Shown here piece by piece: positions 18,155 to 30,200 of a stretch of 64,000 bases of DNA. How positions within the stretch are numbered: position 1 is the first letter of the stretch; each line of letters begins with the position of its first letter. The DNA lies in the IMG/VR virus record IMGVR_UViG_3300048121_001678, positions 62,001 to 126,000 of that record. One strand, written 5' to 3'. The notes beneath the pieces were generated by a model. The model saw only the letters and a program-made list of their open reading frames with translations. It ran no database searches and was not told where the DNA came from. The position numbers and the translations under genes were made by a program.

Positions 18155-18180
18155 AACAGATTAAAAATAATATATTTTAT

Positions 18181-19038
18181 CTACTTATCAAGATATTTGG
18201 TTATATCCATTTCCATAATAGTTTTTATAACATCTTTAGGAACTCTAAATTCCTTATAGTCCGATTCCTTAGTTACTAATACAACAATACAACCCATAAG
18301 TTTTAAATTCTCATATTTTGTACCCTCCAACATCTTTAATAGTAACTTACCATAGAAAGGTAACTGCAAATAGTAGTGACCTAGTGAGTTATCAGGTAAT
18401 TCTTGAAATGGTGATTTCATTTTTTTAGTCCACTTATTAGTTTCAAAGTTTTTAGGTTTGTTAGTTTTCCAATCAGTAATGACCAAACCAAAACCTGTTT
18501 TTTCTTTATTCATAACCAACCAAACTTTATCAGGTTGACCCGTGTACCCTAATTCGGGGTGACCCAACACCATTTCCGTATCTAATAATACGGCATCCCT
18601 ATCAACCATTAATTTAATGAATTTCTCACCGGCATTAATCATTGAGTTTGACTTCATTTCCTGTTCCAAATCGACCTCGAAGATTGGTTCACGAACATCT
18701 TTGTAGTCACCATTTTGTTCAATGATTTTCTTCTCCAAGATGTAGTGAACACGTGACCCCATATTAGTTGCGTATGAACCTGCCGCTGACCATTCGTCCA
18801 ATAGACGTTGCATCTCTACTCTATCTCCCTTCGCCTTCTTATATGCTATCTCATCAGCAGGAAATGGTTCATAAAATAACTTCAACAATTTAGAGACTGA
18901 CGGCCATTTAGAACTTGTTTCACCATCACTACCTCTCATAAAATAAGTGTGAGTGTCCTCAATAAAACTAAGGTTTAACTCTTCTTTCTTATTCTCAATA
19001 ATTTCTCTGATTTCCTCAGCGATTTTTTTTAATTCCAT
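18181..19038 (-). CDS. PD-(D/E)XK nuclease (phage exonuclease-like)
   Basis: G..VH..LE, E, GQPD, DWKT, YYLQL..Y. Confidence 0.85.
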   Translation of the reverse strand: MELKKIAEEIREIIENKKEELNLSFIEDTHTYFMRGSDGETSSKWPSVSKLLKLFYEPFPADEIAYKKAKGDRVEMQRLLDEWSAAGSYATNMGSRVHYILEKKIIEQNGDYKDVREPIFEVDLEQEMKSNSMINAGEKFIKLMVDRDAVLLDTEMVLGHPELGYTGQPDKVWLVMNKEKTGFGLVITDWKTNKPKNFETNKWTKKMKSPFQELPDNSLGHYYLQLPFYGKLLLKMLEGTKYENLKLMGCIVVLVTKESDYKEFRVPKDVIKTIMEMDITKYLDK

Positions 19039-19041
19039 ATT

Positions 19042-19968
19042 CTATCTTTCTAACTTAACAAAGCAACCTTCAGGTATTTGACCCCTTAAGTCACCTAAAT
19101 CCCTATCATCGGGTAATTTTATAATATCTATTCTACCGTAAAGTCTACCACCACTTAATTTGTGGTACAATTTTTTAGCATCCTCCCAAGCGTCACCATC
19201 TAAACAAATAATAATTCTACCTTTAGCTCTTTCATATAATGTTTCCCACAACATATCGGATAAGAACTTACCAAGTAGTGGTATCGAATTAGGTACGAAG
19301 AAACCATCAAAGACCCCTTCTACCAAATATATATCCTCATCCCAATTTATACGTGACTCATTAAAGATAAGCAATTCTTTCGGAGCAACAGGGTTTTTGT
19401 ATTTAAACTTTGAATATTTATCCCAACTCCTTGAAACGAAATAGTTTAACACCCCATTTAAATCATATGATGGAACGATAATACGTCCACCATATTCACC
19501 ATCGATGGCAAATCCAATATCGTATTTCTCAATCATTTCATCGGTTATACCTCTTTTCTTTAAATAATTATACGCCTGTGCTCGAGGTGGGTATATTGGA
19601 TTAACATCTTTGAATTTTTGATATTCTTTAGGTATACGAAGTTTTTCGTATTTCTTCTCTTTTCGTTCAAAATCATCAGGACGAACTAAAGTATAGTATT
19701 CTTTATCTTTCTTATTACCATACTCGTCAATTAATCTACCTAAGTGACCATAAGTACCATGAGTTTCAGCACAAGACCAACACTTATAAACGTGTTGTGC
19801 ATAATTAATTTCGAGATTACCCTTACCATCACCATCATCTAATCCTTTTATATCGTGTGAACAAACAGGACAATCAAAAGATACCTGTCCAGTAATCTCG
19901 TTGTGTTTACGATACTCACCGAAGATACCTTCAATTATATCTAATATTAATGATTCATCTCTCTCCAT
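19042..19968 (-). CDS. DNA primase (DnaG-like)
   Basis: zinc finger CPVC...CWSC, YLKKRG, TOPRIM VEGVFD and LDGD. Confidence 0.9.
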   Translation of the reverse strand: MERDESLILDIIEGIFGEYRKHNEITGQVSFDCPVCSHDIKGLDDGDGKGNLEINYAQHVYKCWSCAETHGTYGHLGRLIDEYGNKKDKEYYTLVRPDDFERKEKKYEKLRIPKEYQKFKDVNPIYPPRAQAYNYLKKRGITDEMIEKYDIGFAIDGEYGGRIIVPSYDLNGVLNYFVSRSWDKYSKFKYKNPVAPKELLIFNESRINWDEDIYLVEGVFDGFFVPNSIPLLGKFLSDMLWETLYERAKGRIIICLDGDAWEDAKKLYHKLSGGRLYGRIDIIKLPDDRDLGDLRGQIPEGCFVKLER

Positions 19969-19973
19969 CAGAG

Positions 19974-20004
19974 TAAAGATAATAAATAATTATTGAGTAG
20001 TCAA
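19974..20004 (-). promoter_or_regulatory. sigma70/Bacteroidota-like promoter for the primase operon
   Basis: TTG-N20-TATCTTTA (also reads TTGACT-N17-TATCTT), 5 nt before the ATG. Confidence 0.45.
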
Positions 20005-20005
20005 T

Positions 20006-20605
20006 TTACCAAAGACCTTGTTGTCTCATATAACCCTGAACACAGGTATATGCGTCCGCTTGGTCGAAACATTCTTTTTTCAATGTATTGTTTCGAGTGT
20101 ATAACCAAACAATTTGTGGTTCAGCCTCAGAAACTTTTTGCCACACAACTTCTTTCTTATCAATATCTTTTGGCATACCACCAAATAATACCTTTTTTCC
20201 TTTATTGTTTTCTTGCACCAATTCAGGCCAAGCAAACTTTCGTGAATTATATGTTGAAATATAATTAGGGACAATCCCTAAAATGTCATAAATTGATTTA
20301 GTTATCATTGAATTGTACCTTAATAAGGTACCTACGGTCCATACATTATTAGAATTAAGAAGTGGTTCTTCTATAATCACTTTGGTGATACCAATCCCCT
20401 TATACTCCTTTAACTTCTCTTCAAATGCATCGACTTTACCTAATAATTCCTCAATCTTATCTTCAGGTTTTGGTTTAATAACTGGTGATACATGAGTTAG
20501 TTCTAGTAGTTTTTGTGTTTGAATATCAAAAAGTGACCAACCAATAGTTTTGGTAGATATATCTAACCCCAATACTTTTGGAGCGTTCTTTAAATTATTT
20601 CTCAT
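20006..20605 (-). CDS. RuvC-like Holliday junction resolvase
   Basis: VLGLDISTKTIGW, IIEEP, DQADA acidic catalytic pattern. Confidence 0.8.
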   Translation of the reverse strand: MRNNLKNAPKVLGLDISTKTIGWSLFDIQTQKLLELTHVSPVIKPKPEDKIEELLGKVDAFEEKLKEYKGIGITKVIIEEPLLNSNNVWTVGTLLRYNSMITKSIYDILGIVPNYISTYNSRKFAWPELVQENNKGKKVLFGGMPKDIDKKEVVWQKVSEAEPQIVWLYTRNNTLKKECFDQADAYTCVQGYMRQQGLW

Positions 20606-20614
20606 ATTGTTTTT

Positions 20615-22822
20615 TTAGAAGTCAAATTTTATCGTATACTGTTGCACCCCTAATCTTTTTTCGGGAGACTGTACTTTTGATATAATCATAAGGTCTTTAT
20701 CTGAATTATAAAGACCAACTTCACTAACATAAGGATTTGAACCCGTCCATGTAGGGTTTGAACTATCAAGATATTGTGTTTGACCGAGATTTACCCGATA
20801 ATTCATTACATATATTGAGGCCGCGATATCACTTTTAAGTGTACCATAAAAGAAATACTCTTCACCAAAATTCATTTTATTACCTGAACTTTGAGGTATA
20901 TCGATATAATCCTCTAATACGTAATCAGTACCTCCTTCAAAATTTTCTTTGGTGATTTGGAATGTTGTATTTGCTAAACCCGCTGAGTTTAAATAACCAT
21001 TAGATGTGGTTGCTGATATTTGTGATGTTACACCTGATATTTCAACCCAAGAAGCAGGATTAGGTCTTGTATCACCAGTGACCTTTTGTACTAATATTGA
21101 TATTTCATTAGCACTAAATCCTGAAGGTACACCTGATGGTGTATTATTAAGGTATGGAAATTCAGGTCCAAAATCAAACGTAACATTCTTACTAGTACCA
21201 TCGCTACAATCATCATCCTCACCTTTTATCTTAGTGTAGTAATTACAATGTAATGACTCAGTAAACGCACTGTTATTAAATCTATATGTCACCCATAAAG
21301 TTTCGTTAGACCCCGTTAGGATTCCTTGAAAACCAGTAGAAATAGATTGTGAGTTAACTGGCGATATATACCCTAACTTAGGTGCCGGTAATGTCCAATT
21401 CCTGTTAGACTTATAACTCATAGCAGCAATTAATTCGTCATCATCAATAATCACAATTTTTAAGTCAGGAAAAACTTTACCCACACGATTAGGATATCCA
21501 TTACTATTCGTGTTAGTATCCCATAAGTGGTAATACCTAATACCTGGCTCATTCATATTACTATTTACATTAGACTCAAGATAGTGAGGTATGAAAAGTG
21601 AAAAATCAGAATAACCTGGAGGGTCAGTATAAAATGTTTCACCCATTGTACCACCTGAAGATTTATGCCACATTAACCACGGAATATCAATATTAAAATT
21701 ACGTGCACTACCCGTGTCTCCCGATAATGGAACTGATGGGTCTCTTTGTTTCTGAGCTATCTTCTCACCGTAGAAGTTATCAAGAGCATTATTCGTATAG
21801 TGAATTATTGCAATTGACTTTTGGTCTGAAGGTGAGAGATTAATCTTTTCATCGTATGAATTATAATAGTATGTTGAATCTGTATCTGTTTGACCAGTAT
21901 TTGAATTATATCCTAAATATTCTTTTGTACCTGTGTATCCTGTCGAACCGAAGAAGTTATAATCTAAATCATCTACAGTATAACCTGCTGGTGACTCAGT
22001 CCATGGAATGTTCATATTCCATATCTTAACATCTTGACCTGTACTACAATTAGTTTCAAAATTTAATTCTTCTATTTGAGCATAACTTAAAGGTGTGTTT
22101 GAATCATACATTGCCGTCATACCTGAAGGAAAGAAATGTACACGTCCATTACCACCTAATGGCATCGATGAAAAATCAGGTAACTTTCTATCCACCTTAA
22201 CGGTTACATTACCCGTCGACGCGGTTGTTGAACCAGTTATACCTTCAATTCGATAAACTAACATTGGGAAGTTACCTGTCCACGTGTTACAGTTCGCAGT
22301 ACCATCCATCCATATTGATAGATAATCACCTATCTGTGTATCAGCACTAAAAGAACCATTACAGTTTAAGTAAGTGGCTGTGAAGGTATCCGTAGCGTTA
22401 AGTGTTGATAAATTAACTATCCAATTTGAGGATAAAGTATACGCAGAAGTAGTATTATGATAAAATGAATCTGTAGTACCAGTAAAAAATCCTCTCGGGC
22501 TTGAACTATTATATATTTCATCAACTTTTGGTTCTGAAAACGGAATACCAAAAAATGATGTTTTATTTGAGTCCACATAAAGTGGGTATTTTATATTTGA
22601 TTGATTTTTTTCGGGTAAAGGTGTTTTGTTTTGTGCGTTAAACGCTGGCTTTAAAACTTCTAACGTGGAAAGGTCTGCATTTTCAATACAATCATAACAC
22701 ACTTCACTATCCCCAACCTGAAAATAGGTGATATTAAAATTACCCATAGAAATTGCTCTACGACCTGCATCGGTAATTACCGAATTAATTAATGCTGAAG
22801 TATCTTTTATATTATATCCCAT
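20615..22822 (-). CDS. putative baseplate/tail structural protein
   Basis: N-terminal ITDAGR..I..G...ITYFQVGD and C-terminal SEVGLYNS..DL..ISK, typical of tail/baseplate proteins. Confidence 0.65.
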   Translation of the reverse strand: MGYNIKDTSALINSVITDAGRRAISMGNFNITYFQVGDSEVCYDCIENADLSTLEVLKPAFNAQNKTPLPEKNQSNIKYPLYVDSNKTSFFGIPFSEPKVDEIYNSSSPRGFFTGTTDSFYHNTTSAYTLSSNWIVNLSTLNATDTFTATYLNCNGSFSADTQIGDYLSIWMDGTANCNTWTGNFPMLVYRIEGITGSTTASTGNVTVKVDRKLPDFSSMPLGGNGRVHFFPSGMTAMYDSNTPLSYAQIEELNFETNCSTGQDVKIWNMNIPWTESPAGYTVDDLDYNFFGSTGYTGTKEYLGYNSNTGQTDTDSTYYYNSYDEKINLSPSDQKSIAIIHYTNNALDNFYGEKIAQKQRDPSVPLSGDTGSARNFNIDIPWLMWHKSSGGTMGETFYTDPPGYSDFSLFIPHYLESNVNSNMNEPGIRYYHLWDTNTNSNGYPNRVGKVFPDLKIVIIDDDELIAAMSYKSNRNWTLPAPKLGYISPVNSQSISTGFQGILTGSNETLWVTYRFNNSAFTESLHCNYYTKIKGEDDDCSDGTSKNVTFDFGPEFPYLNNTPSGVPSGFSANEISILVQKVTGDTRPNPASWVEISGVTSQISATTSNGYLNSAGLANTTFQITKENFEGGTDYVLEDYIDIPQSSGNKMNFGEEYFFYGTLKSDIAASIYVMNYRVNLGQTQYLDSSNPTWTGSNPYVSEVGLYNSDKDLMIISKVQSPEKRLGVQQYTIKFDF

Positions 22823-22883
22823 GTCTTTATAAATACATTATTTAATCTTTTTATTTTAATTATAGTTAAATCAACACCATTTA

Positions 22884-24269
22884 TTATGGTCCAACATTAA
22901 CACTCGCCGAAACAGAATTACTAACAAGTACATTTCCACAGTTACTTGTGCTCAATACCGGATTTATTATTTGTACAGTATGATTATCATCTCCGAAAGC
23001 AGGACAATCATTTATCACCGATGGATTACTATTTTGAACTCCAAATGTATTTAAACCTGTTATCGTACCACCTGAAAGTGTTACACTATATGTTTTAGAT
23101 ATACCACTAAATATCGTACCACCACCCATTAATTGTGTGCCATTACATAATCTAGTATTTGTCTGTGATGTGATAACTTCATTACCATTGGTATTAATCA
23201 CCGCATTTCCATTAGTAGTAACACTATAATTTCTATTTAACTGTATTTGTTGTTGAGAATTATAGTTGTTCGTGAAGTTATTCGTAATTAATATGTCCGC
23301 AGTTATTGAAACACCCACAGGAAGTGCAGGTGATACAGATAGTGTCCATCCCACTGACTTTGTATTGTTACTCGAAGACGAAGTTACTGTATTGATACTC
23401 GAACTTAATACTAAATTATATGTGGTCGGTGCTGGCCCTGCAAGTATATTATACCCTCTTATGACGATAAGACCTGTCGTGTCTGTAATATGAACACTAC
23501 CGATACCTGCAGGTAATCCAGTAAATGTTGGTGATGATTGATATGTTAATCCACCATCAATAGAATAACTATAAGGTGGTACACCTGCCCACGCAGTCAC
23601 TGTTATTGTACCATCATTTGAATTAGCACAGGTCTCCATTGTTTTAGATACACTGGCATTTAACGCAACAGTTTCACAAGTACCCGTTGTCATAATCCAT
23701 GTATTACTTGTTCCCAATTCAGTCCATAAACCTTGTGGAATACTAATGTTAGATTGTAGAACAATGTTACCAGGAGTATATCCACTGATTTCCCAACGTG
23801 GTGGTGTATTAGTATTATTATATACAACATCATAAGTTGAACCTGTCCATGACGGTTTACCATTTACAATACCCTTATACCCAAACGCATATTGAGTATT
23901 CGGTGCTTGATATTTAGTCAAACATAATTCAGATGGATATGAAGGAGCCGGTGATGGTGTTGGTGTCGGAGTTGGACTCGATGTTGGAGTTGGTGTCACC
24001 GCATTTACAATACATGTTGTAGACCCACTGTAATCACCATAATTATCAATTACTGTCGCAGTATACGTACCGCTGGCTAAATTTGTTAATGTAGTTACAC
24101 CTACATCACCTGTTGACCAATTTATTGTATAAGGTGGTGTCCCCCCTGTGATAAATAAGGTCATAGTGCCCCCATAACCACTATTGTTGGCATCTGTTGT
24201 TGTACACGACACCCCTAATGGGAGAACGGTAAAAACATCACAGTTATTTGTAGGTATAAGATTACTCAT
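22884..24269 (-). CDS. SprB-repeat protein with short TP linker, putative virion adhesin
   Basis: GGTPPYTINWSTG..L.NL.SGTY...V.D and GVPPYSYSIDGG repeats. Confidence 0.7.
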   Translation of the reverse strand: MSNLIPTNNCDVFTVLPLGVSCTTTDANNSGYGGTMTLFITGGTPPYTINWSTGDVGVTTLTNLASGTYTATVIDNYGDYSGSTTCIVNAVTPTPTSSPTPTPTPSPAPSYPSELCLTKYQAPNTQYAFGYKGIVNGKPSWTGSTYDVVYNNTNTPPRWEISGYTPGNIVLQSNISIPQGLWTELGTSNTWIMTTGTCETVALNASVSKTMETCANSNDGTITVTAWAGVPPYSYSIDGGLTYQSSPTFTGLPAGIGSVHITDTTGLIVIRGYNILAGPAPTTYNLVLSSSINTVTSSSSNNTKSVGWTLSVSPALPVGVSITADILITNNFTNNYNSQQQIQLNRNYSVTTNGNAVINTNGNEVITSQTNTRLCNGTQLMGGGTIFSGISKTYSVTLSGGTITGLNTFGVQNSNPSVINDCPAFGDDNHTVQIINPVLSTSNCGNVLVSNSVSASVNVGP

Positions 24270-24299
24270 ATGGTTATATATATCTTTTTTTCATGTTAT

Positions 24300-25649
24300 T
24301 TATGTCCTTTGAAAAAACTTAAGATACGCCCAATTTTGGTCTGTAGTAAATCCACCACCGGAAGATGCTAAGTTCGGTCTTAAATTTCCATTCTTGAAAT
24401 AGTTGGTGGTTGGAACTGACCATGAAGTATTTGGGTCTGAATCATCAGGAAAATTAAACATAGGTGCACCACCCGGTTCGAGTTCAAAACCATAAGCTTG
24501 TTGCACTCCGTTTACATAGTAATCCCACGATGGCACTCTTCTTATAATCTTATAAAGGTATAATATACATCTTGTTGCAGGTGCAGAACTATTGACATTT
24601 GTCCAAACATCATCCAAATCTACTATTGCGAGATACCAATTTGAAGTCCCACCTGACGGTATCATGTCCAATGCAGTCGAGAAGTTTTGATATGTTAAAT
24701 TATTCACATTAAAAGAAGTCGGATTCGCTTTTTTTCCTACCATAATTGAATTGAAATAAGAAAACTTCAAGTCACCAGTAGACTCATATAATTGATTACC
24801 ACTCGAGTCTGTCATCGGGGCACCTCCATAGTTATACGATTGATATCCTGATGTTTGAATCGGATAATTAGTTGGACCACTGGCACCTGAGTAAACAAAT
24901 CCACCATCATACGCATGGAATGTAGAACTTTGACTAGCATCACGAATACCGAAAGTCCATCTATCTGGAAATGAAAAAGGACCTGATGGTGCCTTTTTTT
25001 GTAAGAACGTACCCAAATTTTGGTCTGCGAACCAAGACTGACCTGAAACTTGCGGTGTTGACGAACCACCGAATGCAGATGGAGGTGTCGGAAGGAGAGA
25101 AGCAATATTACCCTGTTTACTCATATATGAAAATTCAGGAGCAGGTGAGTTTGGTTTCAAGTCAGTAATATCTTTACCACATTTATGACAGAATAAAGTT
25201 CTACTATTGGCGTTTTGACCCTTCCTGGCAGTAGCCGTTTGTAAAACACTCTGATTAGCATTATTATTAGTATTGAGGTAATCACTCAAAGCATTATAAT
25301 ATTGAACGGCAACATTATCAGGCATAGGACCTTCAGGGGTTATAACTGTATTATATGTAGTATCTCTAAGTGCAAAAATAGACGCTTGATTTTCCGTTGG
25401 GCAATTCTGACATTGGACGGTAACATTCTCCACACTAGTAGAACCGTTAGTACATATCGTTACAATTTGATAGTAATAGTTTTTAAATGGTGAAGGGTCA
25501 ACCGTATTATCATACCATGTCCCAAGATATCCAGGAACACTACCCAATAGAGTCCACGGTCCATTACTACTATCTGACCTATAAATTTTATAAGACAAAG
25601 CGTTACTACTAGTTGTCCATGTTACTTTTATTCTTGCTGATTCTGCCAT
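24300..25649 (-). CDS. putative virion protein with N-terminal FN3-like domain
   Basis: VTW......YKIYRS.....W..L......D.......YYYQI pattern. Confidence 0.55.
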   Translation of the reverse strand: MAESARIKVTWTTSSNALSYKIYRSDSSNGPWTLLGSVPGYLGTWYDNTVDPSPFKNYYYQIVTICTNGSTSVENVTVQCQNCPTENQASIFALRDTTYNTVITPEGPMPDNVAVQYYNALSDYLNTNNNANQSVLQTATARKGQNANSRTLFCHKCGKDITDLKPNSPAPEFSYMSKQGNIASLLPTPPSAFGGSSTPQVSGQSWFADQNLGTFLQKKAPSGPFSFPDRWTFGIRDASQSSTFHAYDGGFVYSGASGPTNYPIQTSGYQSYNYGGAPMTDSSGNQLYESTGDLKFSYFNSIMVGKKANPTSFNVNNLTYQNFSTALDMIPSGGTSNWYLAIVDLDDVWTNVNSSAPATRCILYLYKIIRRVPSWDYYVNGVQQAYGFELEPGGAPMFNFPDDSDPNTSWSVPTTNYFKNGNLRPNLASSGGGFTTDQNWAYLKFFQRT

Positions 25650-25661
25650 ACTATGATGTTA

Positions 25662-27140
25662 TTAACTCGGCCAAACAAAGTCGGTCAAATATTGATTTTC
25701 TACGTTTATGTTACTCGCACCTATACATGCTGGTGTTGGGGTCACAAGGTCAGTAATACACTGACTACAATCGCTATAATAAATGGAAGGATTACCAAAT
25801 ATATTAGTACTAGATGTTGTTAACACATGATTTGGTGGTGCAACATATGGTTTTTGGAACATACCAACAACCGTCCAACAAGTAGTAAGAGGAGGAACAG
25901 TATATTTGAATGTTGTACCAATTGAAAGAGGACCTACAGACACATCTTGAGCGACAATACTATTTGAACTACATGCACTATACACAAATGTATATTGAGG
26001 TTGACCCTGTGACGATGAAGGTGTGATTGAAGGTGTATTAGGTGGTGTAGATGTTTGTGTAGGTGTTTGTGTAGGTGTAGGTGTTGGTGTACTACATACA
26101 CATCCTGTGTCAGGAGTTGCACTACCTCCTACACCACCACTTAAAATAATTACGTTTATTGCACATACAGTAATCACAGTATATGGATTAACATATACAT
26201 TATACGAATTACCATCACAATCAATAACCGTAAAATTAGTACCATAATTATCGTCATATCCACCATATAAGTCCCAATCTGTACAACATAGTGGTGTTGA
26301 TGATGGTGTCACTGTTGGTGTAGGTGTTGGTGTACTACATACACATCCTGGGTCAGGTGTTGCAGTACCAGTAAAATAGTTACCAGGTATTGGCATTGCG
26401 CTTACCGCACATACCGTAACCACAACAAATGGATTCACATATAAAACATACACATTACCATTACAATCTGTAACTATAAATTCAGTACCATAATCATAAC
26501 CACCGTATAATCCCCAATTTGTACAACAATCGGAACCTGTTGAAGGTGTCACCGTTGGTGTCACCGTTGGTGTTGGCGTTTGACTATGTGAGGGCGTGAC
26601 CGTTGGTGTTCTTGTTGGGCTTGAAGTAATTGTTGGCGTTAAAGTCTGAGTTTGAGTTGGTTCAGGAGTAACTGTTTGTGTGAAAGAAGGTGTTATTGTT
26701 GGTTGAGGTGTACCTGTTGGTGACGAGCCAGGTGTTGCAGACAAAGAAAGTGTTGGGGTGACACTTTGAGTAACTGAAGGTGTTAATGTATTAGTAGGTG
26801 TATGTGTTGGTGTTGGGGTTACTGAAGATGTCGGTGTCGGGCTCGGTATAATCGAATCTTCACAATCTTCACATGAAGTATAGACGTTATTAATTGAGTT
26901 TAAAATTGTGTCAGGTGAACCAGTAACATCACTATCATAATATAAACATAAAAATGAAGTACCATTTGCGTTTGTTATCGCACCATAAAACACCCCACCA
27001 ATATTAATTTGTGTTTGTCCAAATATTAAATCATCAATAATATAAAAAGCATTATTAGTACCACACTCAATAAGCTTCTTTACCGTATCACAGTCAGTCG
27101 ATTCTCTAAATATGTCAAATTTTATACTTCCAGTTATCAT
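25662..27140 (-). CDS. mucin-like Thr/Pro-rich protein with duplicated Cys-rich modules
   Basis: TP repeats; two CCTxWxLYGGYD..GTxFxVxDCxGN modules. Confidence 0.75.
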   Translation of the reverse strand: MITGSIKFDIFRESTDCDTVKKLIECGTNNAFYIIDDLIFGQTQINIGGVFYGAITNANGTSFLCLYYDSDVTGSPDTILNSINNVYTSCEDCEDSIIPSPTPTSSVTPTPTHTPTNTLTPSVTQSVTPTLSLSATPGSSPTGTPQPTITPSFTQTVTPEPTQTQTLTPTITSSPTRTPTVTPSHSQTPTPTVTPTVTPSTGSDCCTNWGLYGGYDYGTEFIVTDCNGNVYVLYVNPFVVVTVCAVSAMPIPGNYFTGTATPDPGCVCSTPTPTPTVTPSSTPLCCTDWDLYGGYDDNYGTNFTVIDCDGNSYNVYVNPYTVITVCAINVIILSGGVGGSATPDTGCVCSTPTPTPTQTPTQTSTPPNTPSITPSSSQGQPQYTFVYSACSSNSIVAQDVSVGPLSIGTTFKYTVPPLTTCWTVVGMFQKPYVAPPNHVLTTSSTNIFGNPSIYYSDCSQCITDLVTPTPACIGASNINVENQYLTDFVWPS

Positions 27141-27221
27141 TTTAATTTTCTATCACTTTCTAATAAATATCTTAGATGTCATTTCCTTTATAATAATATA
27201 ATAATGTAACAACTAAACTGA

Positions 27222-30200
27222 TTAACAGCAGTTATTACATATTGTAGTTAAATTATATGTTATCGGATTATAAAGTGCCGGTATCACAACCGTATTGTCC
27301 TGAGCACATATTGTAATTGTTGTCGGTACATTTATTATTACACCACTTACCTGTCTCTCTAAACCACATAAAGTATCATCACATTCCGTATAGTAGTACT
27401 CAAAGGTCTGTGAATTACTAAACCCTGTAACCGTTAATTCATATTGTGAACAGAATAAAACTGACGGTGTAGAACTTGGTGTTGGCGTATAAGTTGAAGT
27501 TACAGATGGAGTAACTGTATTTGTAGGTGTAACAGAGGATGTAAGTGTTTGTGTTGGTGTCGGAGTCGATGTTGCATCCAATGATGAAGATGGTGTGACT
27601 GACGCTGTCGGTGTTGGTGTCGATGTTGGAGTCGCACCTGGTGTTGAAGTTACCGTCGGTGTCGCTGTTAATGTAGGTGTAACGGATGGTGTCGGCGTAT
27701 TAGATGACGTCACAGTTACCGTTTGTGTCGGAGTGATTGTGGATGTCGGAGTTGATGTAGGAGTTCCACCAGGTGTCTCTGATGGTGTCACAGTCTGTGT
27801 TACGGTAACAGTTGGCGTAAATGTTGGAGTGATACTTGATGTGATTGATGGAGTCACCGTTAAAGTAGGTGTTACCGATGCCGTTGTTGATGGTGTCAAT
27901 GTCGGAGTAACAGATGGTGTTGCCGATGCAGTTGGAGTAACTGTTGAAGTCTGTGTTGGTGTATTTGTCTGTGTAACATCCGGTGTTTCAGAAGGTGTAA
28001 CTGTTTGTGTAGGTGTTGAAGTTGGAGTCTCAGAAGCAGTAACCGTTGGAGTAACTGAACCTGTAGGTGTATTGGTATTTGTAACCGTTGGTGTTACCGA
28101 AGCAGTCGTAGATGGTGTAGGTGTAATAGATGCCGTTGGGGTAACTGACGATGTAGGAGTTATCGTTTGTGTCGGAGTATTAGATGGTGTTACCGTAACT
28201 GTTTGAGTCGGTGTATTAGTAGGTGTTGAACCTGGCGTTTCAGATGGTGTCACTGTTTGTGTCTGTGTAACCGTCGGAGTAATACTTGCCGTCAATGTTG
28301 GAGTTACTGACGCAGTTGGTGTAATAGTATTAGTAACCGTTGGAGTAACTGATGAAGTCACCGATGGTGTAGGAGTTACTGATGAGGTTGGTGTAACCGT
28401 AGATGTTGGAGTGACAGAAGATGTTGGGGTTACTGTTGACGTTTGAGTGACAGTCTGAGTTGGTGTAGATGTTGGTGTAACACCTGGTGTTTCAGAAGGA
28501 GTTACCGTTTGTGTTTGAGTAACTGTTGGAGTCACACTCGAAGTTAATGTTGGAGTTACTGAAGCAGTTGGAGTAACAGATGAAGTTACCGTAGCAGTTA
28601 CCGATGGTGTTGGCGTATTTGACGTTGTTGGTGTTATTGTCGCAGTTGGTGTCACGGTTGAAGTCTGAGTAACCGTTTGTGTCGGAGTATTAGTTGGGGT
28701 TACCCCTGGTGTTTCAGAAGGAGTGACAGTCAATGTCGGTGTCTGTGTTGGTGTTTCACTCGCAGTCACTGTAGGTGTTACAGATGCCGTTGGGGTAACT
28801 GTAGAAGTAATAGTAGCAGTAACCGATGGAGTCGGTGTAACTGATGATGTTGGTGTCACAGATGCAGTTGGGGTAACTGTTGAAGTCTGAGTAACTGTTT
28901 GTGTTGGGGTGTTTGTAGGTGTAGATACAGGAGTCGATGATGGTGTTACCGTTTGTGTTTGAGTTACTGTCGGAGTTACACTCGAGGTAATAGTTGGTGT
29001 TACTGATTCGGTCGGTGTAACTGATGCCGTCACAGTAGCAGTAACTGAAGGTGTTGGTGTATTTGATGTAGTTGGTGTAACTGAAGCTGTTGGTGTTACC
29101 GATGATGTTGGAGTTACTGAAGCCGTTTGTGTAACCGTTTGAGTTGGTGTATTAGTAGGTGTTGAACCTGGCGTTTCAGAAGGCGTTACTGTCTGTGTTT
29201 GAGTTATTGTCGGTGTGATAGTAGCCGTTAATGTCGGAGTCACTGACGCAGTTGGTGTTACTGTCGATGTTACCGTCGCAGTCACCGATGGTGTTGGAGT
29301 ATTTGACGTTGTTGGTGTAACTGAAGCTGTTGGTGTGATTGAAGCAGTCGGAGTGACAGAACTTGTAGGGGTATTAGTTGGTGTTGAGACTGGCGTCTCT
29401 GAAGGAGTAACTGTTTGTGTTTGAGTTACCGTTGGTGTGTTACTCGCGGTCAATGTTGGTGTAACCGACGCTGTCGGAGTTACCGTTGAAGTTATAGTCG
29501 CGGTTACAGATGGTGTCGGCGTATTAGAAGTTGTAGGAGTAACCGATGCCGTTGGAGTAACAGACGATGTTGGAGTAACAGACGCAGTTTGTGTTACCGT
29601 TTGAGTCGGTGTTGATGTTGGAGTTACCCCTGGTGTTTCAGAAGGAGTAACCGTTTGAGTCTGGGTTACCGTTGGTGTAATAGTCGCCGTAACCGTTGGC
29701 GTAATAGAAGCTGTCGGAGTAACTGATGATGTAACCGTCGCAGTAACTGATGGAGTTGGTGTGTTTGATGTAGTAGGTGTGACTGACGCAGTTGGAGTAA
29801 CAGATGCGGTTGGTGTAACAGAACTTGTTGGTGTATTAGTTGGTGTCGATATTGGAGTTTCAGAAGGAGTTACCGTCTGAGTTTGAGTTACGGTCGGTGT
29901 ATTACTTGCTGTCAATGTTGGCGTAACTGACGCAGTTGGTGTGACTGAAGCAGTATTTGTTGGAGTTACACTTGCCGTTGGCGTAACTGAAGATGTTGGG
30001 GTTACCGAAGCCGTTGGTGTATATGTTGGAGTGACTGACGGTGTTGGAGTGACCGATGCAGTTGGTGTAGGTGTTGGTGTCGGAGCAATGAAGATAACAT
30101 CAACAGGACATATACAAGCCGAAGTATCAACATTAGTAACACCCCAACTACTAATCACCTCACCTGGAGGAAGAATAGAGTTGAAGTTATACTCAACCTG